In this document: in pieces, positions 27,181 through 39,110 of the stretch
How positions within the stretch are numbered: position 1 is the first letter of the stretch
Layout: every line of letters begins with the position of its first letter
NCBI GenBank assembly: GCA_050273025.1
Contig: CP158635.1
Location: 620,001-684,000 of the forward strand
Source: Cenococcum geophilum
Taxonomy: Eukaryota
Length of the DNA: 64,000 bases
Reading direction: 5' to 3'
Notes under the pieces: generated by a model
What the model saw: the letters and a program-made list of their open reading frames with translations, nothing else
What the model was told of the DNA's origin: nothing
Database searches by the model: none
Position numbers and translations under genes: made by a program

Positions 27181-27899
27181 GTACTAAAGTAGAGCCTATA
27201 AGATGCCTAAGAGCAGTAAAGACTTTAGTATAACCGTAAGTACTAAAATAAGTATTTTGGAGTAGGCGATAAGGTTTTATTATATTTAACAAATATTAAA
27301 ACCTATTAACTATTAAAGAAGCTTAATATAAGATACCTAGGTCCCTTCTAAGTTAAGGAACGAATTAGTAAGCTAGCCTATTATCTCTAGCTATCCCTAT
27401 CTATAGCCTATATATATTTAGTGTTTTATATAAACCTACTAGAGCTATAGCATAGACTACTACCGGAAAAGAACTTCTGTCTAGGCCTAATTAAACACCC
27501 TAAGGTAGTAGGCGAGCGATATAAGGTTAAAGCTATATTATACTATAAGTTTATTAAGAACAAGCTTTAATTTAAAGTTAAATGGCTAGGCTAGCCCGCT
27601 AAGGACTCTATATAGGAACTAGAGGATTACCTTAATTATTATAAAGATATTCTAAAAGAATATTGGGACTAAGGTCTATAATTTATAAGTCGCAGAAAGC
27701 GCTTTAATACTATAGTGTCATTACGACCTATAAAGAAAGCTCGCGAAAAGAGTAAATAGGTTAAATTGAATATAGAATAAATAGGCTCCGGAAACTATAG
27801 GGAAAGGGCTACGGCCTAAGGCAGGATAGGTCCTTAGCCTTTTTACGTATATAGCATAAAGTTAATAGGGCATTTTACTAGAATTATATTCCTATTTAT

Positions 27900-29013
27900 T
27901 AATTTATACTAGGAATATTGTTTTTAGGGCTTCTAAGCCCTTTTTAAAAGCCTTATAAGGCCTTCCTAAGCACCTAATTGAGGTCCTTAATTGCTACTAT
28001 ATATAAGAACGAATCCTAAAAGTCTAAACCATAAATGCCTAATCTGAAAAGCTACTACGCCTTATTATTATTAGGAGTAAGATTAGTATCTATTAGGCTA
28101 CTAAGTAATAGCTAACGAGAATGGGATCTAGATACCTTGGTAGGCGTATAAGTAGGTATAAAAATAGGGGTAGGACGATAAGGTGTAGCTAGAGTAGAGA
28201 CTCTTAAACGCTTAACACTAATATTAGGTCTAAACTAATACTAATGAAGCTCTTATAGTGTAAGCTTATAGTTAATAAAGATACGCTTAAGCCTAGAATA
28301 AATAGAGATGTTAGCTGGCTAGTATAGTTTAGAACTACTGAGACCTTGCTATAGCAACTATTAGTTACCTATCTGCTAGGTACCTAAAGGGTAACTTACC
28401 TAATACCGTATTATATTATACTCTTTTAAAACTTAATATATATACGTAAACTCCTTCCTATAGTAGACAGCGACCTTCTTCTTATTACCCCTATCTCTTA
28501 CCCTATCCTTAGTATACTAACCTTACTCTCGTATTAGGCGTTACTAGCTAGCTTACTAGGAATTGTAGGCGGTGTAGATAGCTATAGTATAGTCTTAAAT
28601 TCGACTAAAACGTTTAGTATTAGCGCTAGAATAAGACAAAGCCCGGGCAATATAGTAGTTAAGAACATTAAAGGATTGTCGCTACTTAGGCCTAGGCTAT
28701 TAAAGCTTAAAGTTAGTAATGGAAATCTATTAAGGATAGAAAAGCTTACCTTAACGTAACTGCCGCTCTTAGTACGTATACATTAATTATAAGGACTAAA
28801 GGTATTAGATTTAACGCAGTGCGTCTTATTATAAGCCTCTAGAATCCTATTATTAGATTTCTAGTCTTCTAAAGATATATAGGTAAAATTATTTAGGTAG
28901 GACTAGCACTAGTTGTAGGTTAGCGGAGGTTGGGGTTCTATATATAAAGGTAGGGCTAAGATACGCTGTGGAATTTGCTTAGAAGAGTAATTAGCGGGAG
29001 AATAAAGAGGCAT
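27900..29013 (-). pseudogene. Antisense spliced accessory gene of Gypsy D (Cys-cluster N-terminus), RIP-mutated
   Basis: ATG at 29013; MPLYSPAN...PLT(C)NxCxS-x~27-HCVKSNTFSP(C)NxCIRTKSGS(C)VK, then a GTAAGC..ACTAAC..TAG intron at 28697-28749, after which the frame continues. The 3' end is approximate. Confidence 0.6.
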
Positions 29014-30061
29014 ATTGAATTAATGATAAAAAGGAAGAAAATCTTAATAATATATTGAAGATACGTCTAAATTAGATGAAGGTTAATGATGGGAAGTAAG
29101 GTATTAAGGAAAAGGATTAAGCTTAATAAGTAAAGTGTCTTTATACTTTACTGTCTAATACCCATTTAGTAAATAGCTGCAACCTTACTAATATAACTCC
29201 GTTATAATAGCGCTATTTAGAAGGAAGGAAATATATGTATAAGTTATTTAACTATTACTTCCTTATAAAAACTAACTACGCGGCTGGGGGAAGGTAATTA
29301 AGATGTTAAATTAAAGACGTATATAGGTTAAATTAGACCTAAAACAATACTATAGTATTAAAGAATAACGTTATAGACGTTCTTAATAATTGTATAATAG
29401 CTATAATTGCTATTATAACATATCCCTGTTTGCTAGGTAGTAGAGATACGCTAAATATATAGCATAGGACTATTAGATTTAAAAGTATATACACTAAATC
29501 TTAAGAGATAAGCCTCTTTAACTAACTAATTAATATCTTAACCGTATCTAATAGTCTAAGGGCAAATGCGGGAGTAATATATTAGTGACATAGAGGATTA
29601 TAAGAAAAGGATTATAAGAAAGGATTATAGACTATATCTTAGTAGTTAAAGATAACAGTAAGCTAAGGCTCTATACGTTAAATCTTATACTAAAAGGTTT
29701 TACGGAACTATATTAGAACACTAAATTGCCTATAATACTTATAATTAATTATAGACTAGTATAAAGGCTTAAAAGTAGAGTTGTATAAAAATCCCTATAT
29801 TAGCCTAGATAGTCACTAGTATACTTCTAGTAGGCTTTTAATAGGTCTTCTAGTAATCCTCGCGTCTTTTCTCTAGTTATATTTTTTCCTTATTAAGGTT
29901 TTTTAGGAGTTTAAAGTAGGGGTTAGATAGATAGATAATATATAGTGGTATACTAATACCTCTTTAATATTTCTCCGAACCTCTTCTGGGACGAGCCCTT
30001 ATAATCTCCCTACTGTAAGGTAATAGCAATTAGGGGCCGACCGTAAGAAGGGGGGGGGCAA

Positions 30062-30276
30062 TGTAAGGGATATTATTGTAGACACCTTAGGTTGCCCTTA
30101 GGACAACCCCCGGACGCCCCTTAGATAGTTACCAATTACGTACTAGAGGCACGTGCCTACAGTATATAGTCTCTACAATCCTAGAGGCCTTACCTCCTTA
30201 AGGATTTGTCTCTTTTACTAATTTATCTTATTCCAATCGTGTCCTTATAGCCCCCTATCTACAAGATCCCCTTATA
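30062..30276 (+). repeat. Gypsy D 3' LTR
   Basis: Starts TGTAAGGG after the PPT; direct repeat of 14722-14936. Confidence 0.92.
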
Positions 30277-33266
30277 TTAGTAGCTGCTTAGTATCCTTTA
30301 TAGGAGGCTCTACTAAATTGTTTAATTTAGGTATAGTTATTTAATCTATATTTAAGGTAGGTCTATATAAAATAGATTTATCCTTAAATTTATCCTTATA
30401 GAGAGGTTTTAATAGACTAATCGTCTAAATAGTGTCTTCTAATACTTCCTTTAATAGGTAGTCGATATTTTAACCCTTAGGGTTATAGAATAAGGTCTTA
30501 TTAAATATAACGTCTCTAGTTTAAATAACTTTGTAGAGACTCGGAATTTAGATTTAGTAGATACTAGTTAAATTATAGCCGACTAGGTGTCTAATCAATA
30601 TATAAAGACCTAGCTTATCTCCCCTTTTAACTTATTTATTTAGCGTATAGGTCTTATAACTATATACGTGTATATAGATAAGTAATAGTGTCTTACCGTA
30701 GGCAATCTTGTATAGAGTTTTCCACCCTAGTTTCTTATTTAGGGTTTAATTAAGTGCGTAGCTAGCAGCAAAAAAGGCTTTTAGTTCTAAAAATAGGGGT
30801 AAGGAAGCTTCTAGCTGTATAGCCCTAGACCGTTCTATAAGGGTTCGTCTAGATCGTTCTACTCCACCATTTTGTTCTTTAGTATATGGTGCTTAATATT
30901 TAAAAGTAATGCCTTTATCTGCGCACTATATTTATAAGGTGTCTCCCGTCTATCTAAAAGCTTATTTATTATCGCTTTAAAAGAAGACGACGTCTTAGTG
31001 GAATCGTATTTTAATTAAACGGTAAGTCTTTTAGATAGTAGGTAGGATAGTAGCTTTATCCTTATTCTTAAATATAAAGATAAAATTAAATTTAGAATAC
31101 GTGCAATAGAAATGCATAATATATTTATTGCCGTTGTAGCCTAGTTCTCTAAGGCTGATAATATTAAATACGAGCCATTTAAATGGTTGAGTGGCCGGAA
31201 ATTTATATTCTTGTCTTTGAGAGATCTGCTATATATACTTTACTATTAAGCAAGTTTTACATTCAATTTTAAGCGGTGCTTGTTTAGTAGTTAATTCGGT
31301 TAGCTCTGCGCCATTAACATACTTAGGAAGCTGCTTAATAGTATTAGGCCTTATATAGCTAAATATTTTATACCATTTTATAGCTGTAGCTCTAATTAGT
31401 TTACGGGCTATACGGCTAGGCTAGTACCTCTTAAAGGTTAAGAATGTTAATTAAGTCGAATCTAGGGAATTTAAAGGCGTAGGCTCTTTGTGTATTAGTG
31501 CCCAATAGCCCCCTAGTTGTTTTGTATAGCATACTATTTCGCTAGTTACTAGATAGTATAGCACATTTCGTCCTAAGTCAAAATGGATATCGTTATTAGT
31601 AGCTCTTAATAGTGCTACGATATTTGTAAATATAGTGGGTACTAATACTATATAGAATAGCTTCATTTTTAAGCTCCCAGTAGGTGTATTAACAGTAATC
31701 GTTACTATTCCGTAAGCTTATATTTTCTCGAAATTTCCGCTAATAATTAGGTAGTCGTCTTCTACTACTAGGTACGAGAAGGTAAAGTCTTCTTTATTAT
31801 TGTAGACGTGTATATTTACGCTAGGGTTAAGTATTTAGGTATTCTAGAGTTTAAATAGAATTTAACTAGTACTAAACACGGCAGTATAGCTAGTTGGTAT
31901 CTTAGACAGTAGGGTTTTAAAATTAAATCAATTATAGATTCTATATTCTTTTAATTATTCTCCTTTACTTCCTATTCTTCTTTTTAAATTCAGTTAACCG
32001 CGCGTTTAATCGAAGGTATAGATGAGATTATTTTATCTACTTTCTTTTAGATATCTGCCCTTGGTCTCTATCCTTAAAGGCGCTTATACTTAATAATATA
32101 GTAGCAATTACCAAATCGATGTTTAAGGCCGCATATGCATTCCTTATACCCTCTTAAATTTGAATTTAGATTGCTGTTGGAATTGAAATTGCCGTTAGAA
32201 TCTAGATTAGAATTGTTTTAAAGGGTTATAAATGCAGAGCTATTGGCAGTAGAGGTAGAGGATGCTTACTACATGCGGTAGTACTCCTTAAATTCCTTGA
32301 TAAGATTAATAATAGATAGTGCAGCTTCGTCTTTACGTTCCTTACGAATAAGGTCTACTTTTAATACTCCTACAAAACTAAAAGAGATGGATTTAATAGC
32401 TTAAACAAAATCGTAGTATGGCCTAAATCCCTGCACATCTAGTAGCTTTAATTACTCCGTAAGCTTATAGACATTTCGCCAATTATTTAGCCATTTTTTA
32501 ATACTCTGCTTCTTATTATAGACCTTTAGTACCGTATATTAATTAAGGACGTTATACTTTCGACCTAATAAGATAGAGGCTAGTGCAGCCTTCAATGCTT
32601 TAAGCCGTTTGTGTACTGTGTTAAGGCTATTAATAAGTAGAAGGTAGGCTACCGATGTGGTGCGGACGATATAATTACTGATATCGTTTATAGCCCGTTT
32701 TTGCTTCTTATGTACGCGTAAATCATCCTTATATTTAGCGTAAAGCTAATTATAGGCAGTAAGCTTAATTTGGTCTAGTTAAGCTATTAATATAGCATTA
32801 GGAAGTACGTCCGCTAGTATAAGTTAATACGGTAGTTCTAGCTTTGGAAGCTCGTCTTTTATAAATAGGTCGATATACTGCCATACCTTATTAGTTGTGG
32901 CTATATCTTAGATAATAAAGAACTATTAAATCCAATCAGATAGCTGGTTGAGGATAACGTTAATCTTTAATTCGGTAGAGGTCGTTATTTTTAGAATTTA
33001 TAGGGTCAAGCAGGGTCCAATTGGTGGCTTAGCAAAACCCTTATTTTGACATTTCGAACTTTTAATTTAATTCGTCAGTTTATTCGTTAATTAGGTACGG
33101 TCGTTATTTAAGGTCAATTGTCCGTTTGTTTAGTAGATAAAGAAGCTTAAGACACTTATAAAGGTAGTAGAAGTAGTGACTTCTTAAATGAGGTAGCAAT
33201 TAATTGCTTAGTAAGCGCTAAATATACAAATTAGATACAGTACGGTAGGCAGGCCGGGCTTATAAC

Positions 33267-33486
33267 TATAAGCTTTACAGTGTGGGAAGAATTGCAAGAA
33301 CGACTTAATTGTAAATCTATAGAAATTAAGTAATATAAATACATAAGGAAGGTGTTGGTAATAAGATAAAAGGGGAGACTACTTTATAACTAAAACAGCG
33401 TAATACGTAAGTGATACGCAGTTAATACGCAGTCGATACGCAGGTAATACGTAGGCGTCTTAGTATAGTACTAGTAGTCGGTTACA
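33267..33486 (-). repeat. Copia C 5' LTR
   Basis: Direct repeat of 12409-12628. Confidence 0.92.
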
Positions 33487-34826
33487 GAATCTAAGATGGT
33501 TTAGCGGTATAAATATAATATTTACTATTACTTATTGTTATAAGGTAGACTCCTATATAAGGTATATTACTTCTTCTTCCTATTTTAACTATCGCTCCTA
33601 GCACTATAGGTATAACCTAATATACTATAATATCTAATCCTATAGTCTTAACTACTAATACTAATTTAAAACCCTCTAATATATTTCCTCTTATCTGCGA
33701 TATTTACTCCGGTTATAAAGGCTTTTAATAATCTCCTATTAAGCATCCTTGTTATTAACTACTCTTTATATTAATATATTTTTTAACTATTAATAGAAGA
33801 GCTATTAATTACACACTAGGAACTTTTGTATATATTATTTAAATCTTTTAAACTCCTTAGTATTTATCTCCTTTAGGCGTTATAAGGTTACTAGCTATTT
33901 CGCTATCTTTTAAGATTTCTTTAAATATAAGTCTTCTAATAGTAGACCCGCTTCTATTTTAAGAGGGGTAGCTGTATATTCTAAGGCACTTAGCTTAAAG
34001 TTAATAAACTCTTTAATATCTTTAGTTAACTTATTAGGCCGTTTACTATTAGGCGGTTATTACAAAAGTTTATTAGCTAGGCTATTTTTCTTCCCTAAAA
34101 TATATCTAATATTAAAGCCCTATAGTTGGATCTATACTAGCCATCTTATTATGAAGGCTCTAGGTAAATTAGTAGTAGTATAATTTAGCTATATAACTAA
34201 GGTATTTATATTTATCTCTACTATAAATTAAACGCCATATAAGTATACGCGATACTTCTTTAACGCGTATAGTAACGCCTAATATTTAAGCTTTTCTAAG
34301 TTATATTTCTGTTCCGCTTAAGACTAAATGCCGCTTTTATATTAATATAGGTAATAATAACCTTGCATATCTAGTTATATTAGGCTATACCCCTATCTAT
34401 TCTTATATCTATTAATGGCGAGAATAATTAGTCTAGCCCTCTTACTATAATTTAGATAAATTAATACGGGTGTAGTAGTAATTATATACTTTAGAGTCCT
34501 TATAGCGGTTATCTGCTTTATACTCTATATAAACAAAACGTTTACTTATAGTAGTTAGAAGATTAGCTCCGCCTTAATTACAAAGTCTTTTACCTATATT
34601 TAATAATATATAATAACTCTTAAGAACGCTTAGGCTAATATAATATCTTTATAGTCTTTCTAGTAAATCATCTTCGCGACCTTCAACTCTTTTAGATATT
34701 ATTTCTTTTTATTATAGCGGGAACTAACCACTATAATCTCGTCTTTATAGAAATAAGACTTTACGCCTAAGATTATATACCTAGCTCGTTTTAAGTCTAT
34801 AAGTACTTTTTTAGCTATATAATATA

Positions 34827-35475
34827 AGGTGATGCTATTTAGACACTGCCTAATTGCTAGGTAGACACCCCCCTAAATTAGGTTTAGCGCCTACCTTAAT
34901 AGGTTAAAATATTACGTGCGTTTAACTTATTTACATCTACATTACGAAAATTAAAGTGCGCGCCCCGCTTAAATTAACACCGCATTATATCTAAGAGCCT
35001 GCAATTATAGAGCGTTACTATAGTTAGCCAATTAGCTCTATAACTAGCTCTATAATTGCCAATCGCGTTAATAGATTTACTTATAGAGAGCCCTTAGTAT
35101 TTAAGCGAAATATTAGCTAGAGTCCTACCGGGCGTATATACCGGCGCGGCGCAAGCATAGGCGCGGAGGTAGCAGCATCTAAATTAGTTCGCGCGATGCT
35201 TTATAAAGCACTACGCAATCTAATTAATCGCTCCTTTAGCGCGGTCCGGATTTGGACTTTACTACTTATACTATAACTAAAATTAAGACTTAATCGTGAT
35301 GTTACAGTTATGGCGCGCACTTTGATTTTCGTAATATAGGCGCAAATAAGTTAAACGTATATAATATTCTAACCTATTAAGGTAGGCGCTAAACTAAATT
35401 TAGGGGGAGGGGTATCTACCTAGTAATTGGGGGGTATCTACCTAGCAATTGGGGGGTAACTAAAGAGTATTACCT
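34827..35475. mobile_element. Non-autonomous DNA element (MITE) with ~140-165-bp terminal inverted repeats
   Basis: 34827-~34965 is the reverse complement of ~35312-35475, the right arm carrying a ~21-bp internal duplication. 8-bp TSD ATAATATA; removing the element restores the Gypsy A RT frame. Confidence 0.85.
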
Positions 35476-35590
35476 ATAATATATTCTAGAATATATTTAT
35501 AAATACCTAAAAGGCTTTCTTCCCTATTATATACTATCTATAGGCCTTTTATTATAATATTATTTAGAAATAGCAGGGTATAATATAGGA

Positions 35591-38524
35591 TGTTGTTTAT
35601 ATTAACTTAATAATACAAGTAAGTTATATCCAGGGGCACAAAATACATATAGTATCGTATGCTCTTTTAGATAGTGGTAACTATCGATTCTATTTAGGTA
35701 GACTACGTAGTCTATATACTAACGCGCCTCCCCCCTAATTAGTTAGCACTTTATAAACAAGTAGTTAATGCACTAAACGCGTAACTACGCGTTTGGTATA
35801 CTACGTGCTATAATTATATACTGGCGGCACTTAAAGATAGATCCACTTATATATAGCCCCCGTAATTACTTTAATAGAAGCGTAGAACATAAAAGAAATA
35901 TATAGGAAATCCCTCCTAAGGTGCCTTCTAGGCTGCCTTCTAAGCGGTGCTCTAAGCTAGCCATAAGTCCTATTTACGGACCGTAAAATAAACCGTATGG
36001 CCTTCTAACGGGCCGTAAATAAACCGTAAGTGCTCCGTTAGTCTTATTCTACCCATTTTATAACCTTTAAATTAAGCTTATTTGTGTCAATTAGGGTTTT
36101 AAGAGCTTAGTACGGCTTTGCCTTAGTTATAGCGTCTACTAGGTTGTCTTTACCACTAATTTATTTAACCTCTATAATCTTACGTCATTTATAAGCCTAA
36201 TGTAAGCACATTAGGTTGACTATAAGCCTTTTCTCTTATATTATACCTAGTTTAACTAGGCAGTTATAAAGGGACTTTAAATTAGTATATAAAACTAGGG
36301 GTAACTGCTCTAATTATAGAATCTTCTAGATTGTTAATTTAATTGTAGCTGCTATATTAAAGCTATAAGCTAGTATATATAGTTTAGAAGCTAGCACACT
36401 ACGGGTTACTCGTTTATATTTAATTAAAGACTAATACAGTATATTTACGTCCTAATTATGGTCCGTAAGTATAATTATAAAGCCAATTTATAGAGATAGG
36501 TCTCTATTATTAGCAAAGGAGGCGTTTATAAACACTAGTACGCTAAGGGAATTTAGGTCTAGTGGTATAAAAGTAAATCCTCTTATTGCATTGTTAATTT
36601 GCCACTAAATACACTTATTAAGCTGCTTAATATTTTCCTTTTATAAATCTATTACCTAGGCCGCAAAGGATAAATTATAGGCAGATTTAGGTTAACAGAC
36701 TATAGCAATATAGGCGCCTCTTACACGTTATGCAACGTATTAGTCCTTTATATTTATAGTCTTATAGGTCTCTCTATAGAAACTAGTAAGGTCTATAGGC
36801 TTTACTATAACAAGCCTTAGGTTTTAAGCTTAGCGTTCTTAAATTAGTTAGATTAAGTTGCCCTTTTATATAATTAAACCTCTATTAAACTTAATTAGAG
36901 TCTGCTTAGTTAACTACTCTTACAGCTTTACTAGGAACTTGGCTTCTTATAGTTTAGTCTTTTTAGCGTCTATAAAGGTCTAGTCTGCTAGGAAGAGGGT
37001 ATTACCTATTTAAAGTCTAATAATACTAAGGCTGTTTAATAGGGTATATAGGAGGCAGGGGTCGTAGGTTAACTGTTCCATTTTGAGTTTACTAACGTAA
37101 TGCTAGTAATACGTTTTAAACCAGTAGTTTCTAGCTTTTAGTGCTCTATAAAGGGGTTTTATAACCTATAAAATTGTTCCTAGTTATAAATTAAGCTTAA
37201 GGGGTGGTCGTATATAGATGTCTCTACTTAGGTAGGTGTTAGACTATATATAGGCTTACGAAATATCCCGTAAGTAAAAGGCTATAGGTTTAGTTTACTA
37301 TAGTCCAGGCATAAGTATAAGTATAATCCATTAACTAACTCATTAAATTATAGGCGATTGCGTAAGGATTAGATCCTTTCCCTAGTCATTATAAGCTTAT
37401 ATAATAAGCCTTAATTTCTTAAAGGCTTTATTAGTACTAGGATACTTAATCTTGTTAATAAAGCGTAAGTTAAATATACGGACGCCTTACGGAATATCTC
37501 TCTCTATTATAACCGTAAAGACGCCCTTTTTAAGTAGTCCGTTAATTTCTTTACATTATAAGTCCGTAAAAGGGGTTTCCTATACTAAGACTAATATATC
37601 TATAGGTGTAAGTTGCCTTGTGGATATACCTACGGAGGTTAGATAATTCTTTATTATGGGGTTCTTAGTTATAGGGTGCTTTTAGGGGCGTCCTCGGCCA
37701 CGCTTTATAGTAGGTTTAATAGGTTTAGTAAGTTTACGGGGGACTTCTAGAGTAGGTAAGGGTGCTTCTAGTTTGTCTAGTTTAACGTTATAGGTATTTT
37801 TAAACCGAAAATAGGGTTTTATAGACGTGCTTCTAAAGCTAGTCGGTTCGCTAGAGAGTTATATATAGTACGTTCCGTCTTCTATAGCTAGTAAATAATA
37901 AGGTCTAGTCTAATTACCACTCTTACGCTATATAAGGACTTTAGAGTTAAGCGGGAGGTTATATACTAAGGTTGTGTTAGGTCCATTACAGTAGTATAAA
38001 GCGCTATTAACAGTTTATTTTGCCCGTAACTTAACTATTTTAGCTATTACCTTCTATATTATAGCTACTTAATCTATAATAGATAGGGTAGAAGGGTCCA
38101 GTTTGCCTATCCTTAAGTAAGCTCTATAAACTAAAAGGGTAGGTACTAGTCCGTTAGGGCTAGCGGTGTTATTAATGGCTTTTACAGCTATCTGTAAAGC
38201 TAGTTCCTTTTAAATATCCTTACCCTTATTAGTAATAATCTAGTAAGCTCTCTATAAAGCTAGGTAAGCTTATTTAATAAGCCTAATAGACTAGTACGCC
38301 TTAACTAGAATGGCTTTTGTTAAAATAGCTATGGCCGTAGTGTATTATTAGAATTCCTTACTAATAAAGTTCCTACCGGTGTTGTAGGTAATATACTTAG
38401 GGGATCTAACGTATATATTAATCTAGCAGGTCTATAAAATATCTTAAGTATACTTTGCGGATATATTTTATAACTAACGGGCGGCTTAATAGTGGGTTGC
38501 CTTGTCAATTATATATAATACTAG
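35591..38524 (-). mobile_element. Copia F: GalEa-clade Copia, 5'-truncated (3' LTR, RNase H, RT, part of integrase)
   Basis: De-RIP C-terminus EKRLMVDLMCLRQAYERREI.EVKWI.GKDNP.DAMTK...LNLxVxxWVE, and integrase PVLHIxDxATxYQAARWLxNISAKHTW. Probable short LTR from TGTTG at 35591 to ~35724, followed by PPT complement CGCCTCCCCCT. Confidence 0.82.
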
Positions 38525-38637
38525 GCATCTGGGATCATTGAGACTATATACTACGGGCACGAGCCTCCGGCTCGTAACCGGCGACCATTTGAGGGGCGTT
38601 CGGGGTTGTCCTGAGGGCAACTTGAGGTGGCTGCAAT

Positions 38638-38823
38638 TGTTAGATAACCTGTATTCTCTAAAGGCGTAGACCGTGCACGAGTCACGTGTATGAGTCACGT
38701 GCATTGTAAACCTCTTTATCTTAGCCCGAGGGCCCTAGGTCCAAGGTCAATCAAGACATCTACAAGATCATCAATCAATTAACCCATTTCATTAATGAAC
38801 AGCTCAATACGAGTTACGTGACA
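38638..38823 (+). repeat. Copia G 5' LTR
   Basis: TGTTAG...GTGACA; near-identical to 47322-47507. Confidence 0.95.
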
Positions 38824-38967
38824 GTTATAAGCCCGGTCCGCCGACTTAAGAAGCTATTTAGCTATTACTCAATCATTTGAAGAAATTCTACCTCATCGTC
38901 AGACTCTAACACCTCATCGTCAAGACGCAGACTCTGACAGAAATCCTACCTCAATTGTCACAGGATG

Positions 38968-39110
38968 AGGTTCCACGAGGTTCCACGAGATTCCACGAGA
39001 TTCTACCTCAATCGTCAAAGGACGATCCTGACGACAAGGACGATCCTGACGACCAGGACGATCCTAACGACCAGGACGATCCTGACGACCAGGACGATCC
39101 TGACGACAAA
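38968..39110 (+). repeat. Tandem repeats in the Copia G leader: 10-bp (A)GGTTCCACG x3 and 18-bp GACGATCCTGACGACCAG x5
   Basis: Directly visible arrays upstream of the gag ATG. Confidence 0.9.

Larger units (their letters stand above)
14722..30276 (+). mobile_element. Gypsy D: chromovirus-type LTR retrotransposon with a long 3' accessory region, interrupted by Gypsy E
   Basis: 215-bp LTRs at 14722-14936 and 30062-30276; TSD TTAGT; PPT AAGAAGGGGGGGGGCAA. Protease (D)SGAEIN at ~16825, RT YL(DD)ILIY at ~18185, RNase H, integrase at ~19740-20400 resuming at 27228, chromodomain at ~27520-27670. Confidence 0.92.
12409..33486 (-). mobile_element. Copia C: Ty1/Copia LTR retrotransposon, interrupted by Gypsy D
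   Basis: 220-bp LTRs at 12409-12628 and 33267-33486; TSD GAATC; PBS-like GTTATAAGCCCGG on the minus strand next to the right LTR. Domain order is gag knuckle CICGLKHRFGNC (~32100-32140), protease (~31830), integrase (~30500-31400), RT (~13300-14230), RNase H (~12770-13260). Confidence 0.92.
5400..35590 (-). mobile_element. Gypsy A: basal Ty3/Gypsy pol fragmented by later insertions (pieces ~5400-5678, 11672-12408, 33492-34826, 35484-35590)
   Basis: The pieces join in frame once one TSD copy is removed at each junction. RT: (P)FLDDIxVKGP...GIRxYILEHIxWLxxVLxDLERAG. RNase H: ESGIWSxAEQKYD..KLECRALLYALKK. Integrase: IERGHxPIxxALAK and KWLGPFRV...GNKLKKF. Its LTRs are not visible. Confidence 0.85.

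Noticed and set aside
39020..39110. CRISPR-like or Asp-rich peptide repeat
   Set aside because: Contiguous 18-bp tandem with no spacers in a eukaryotic retrotransposon leader.
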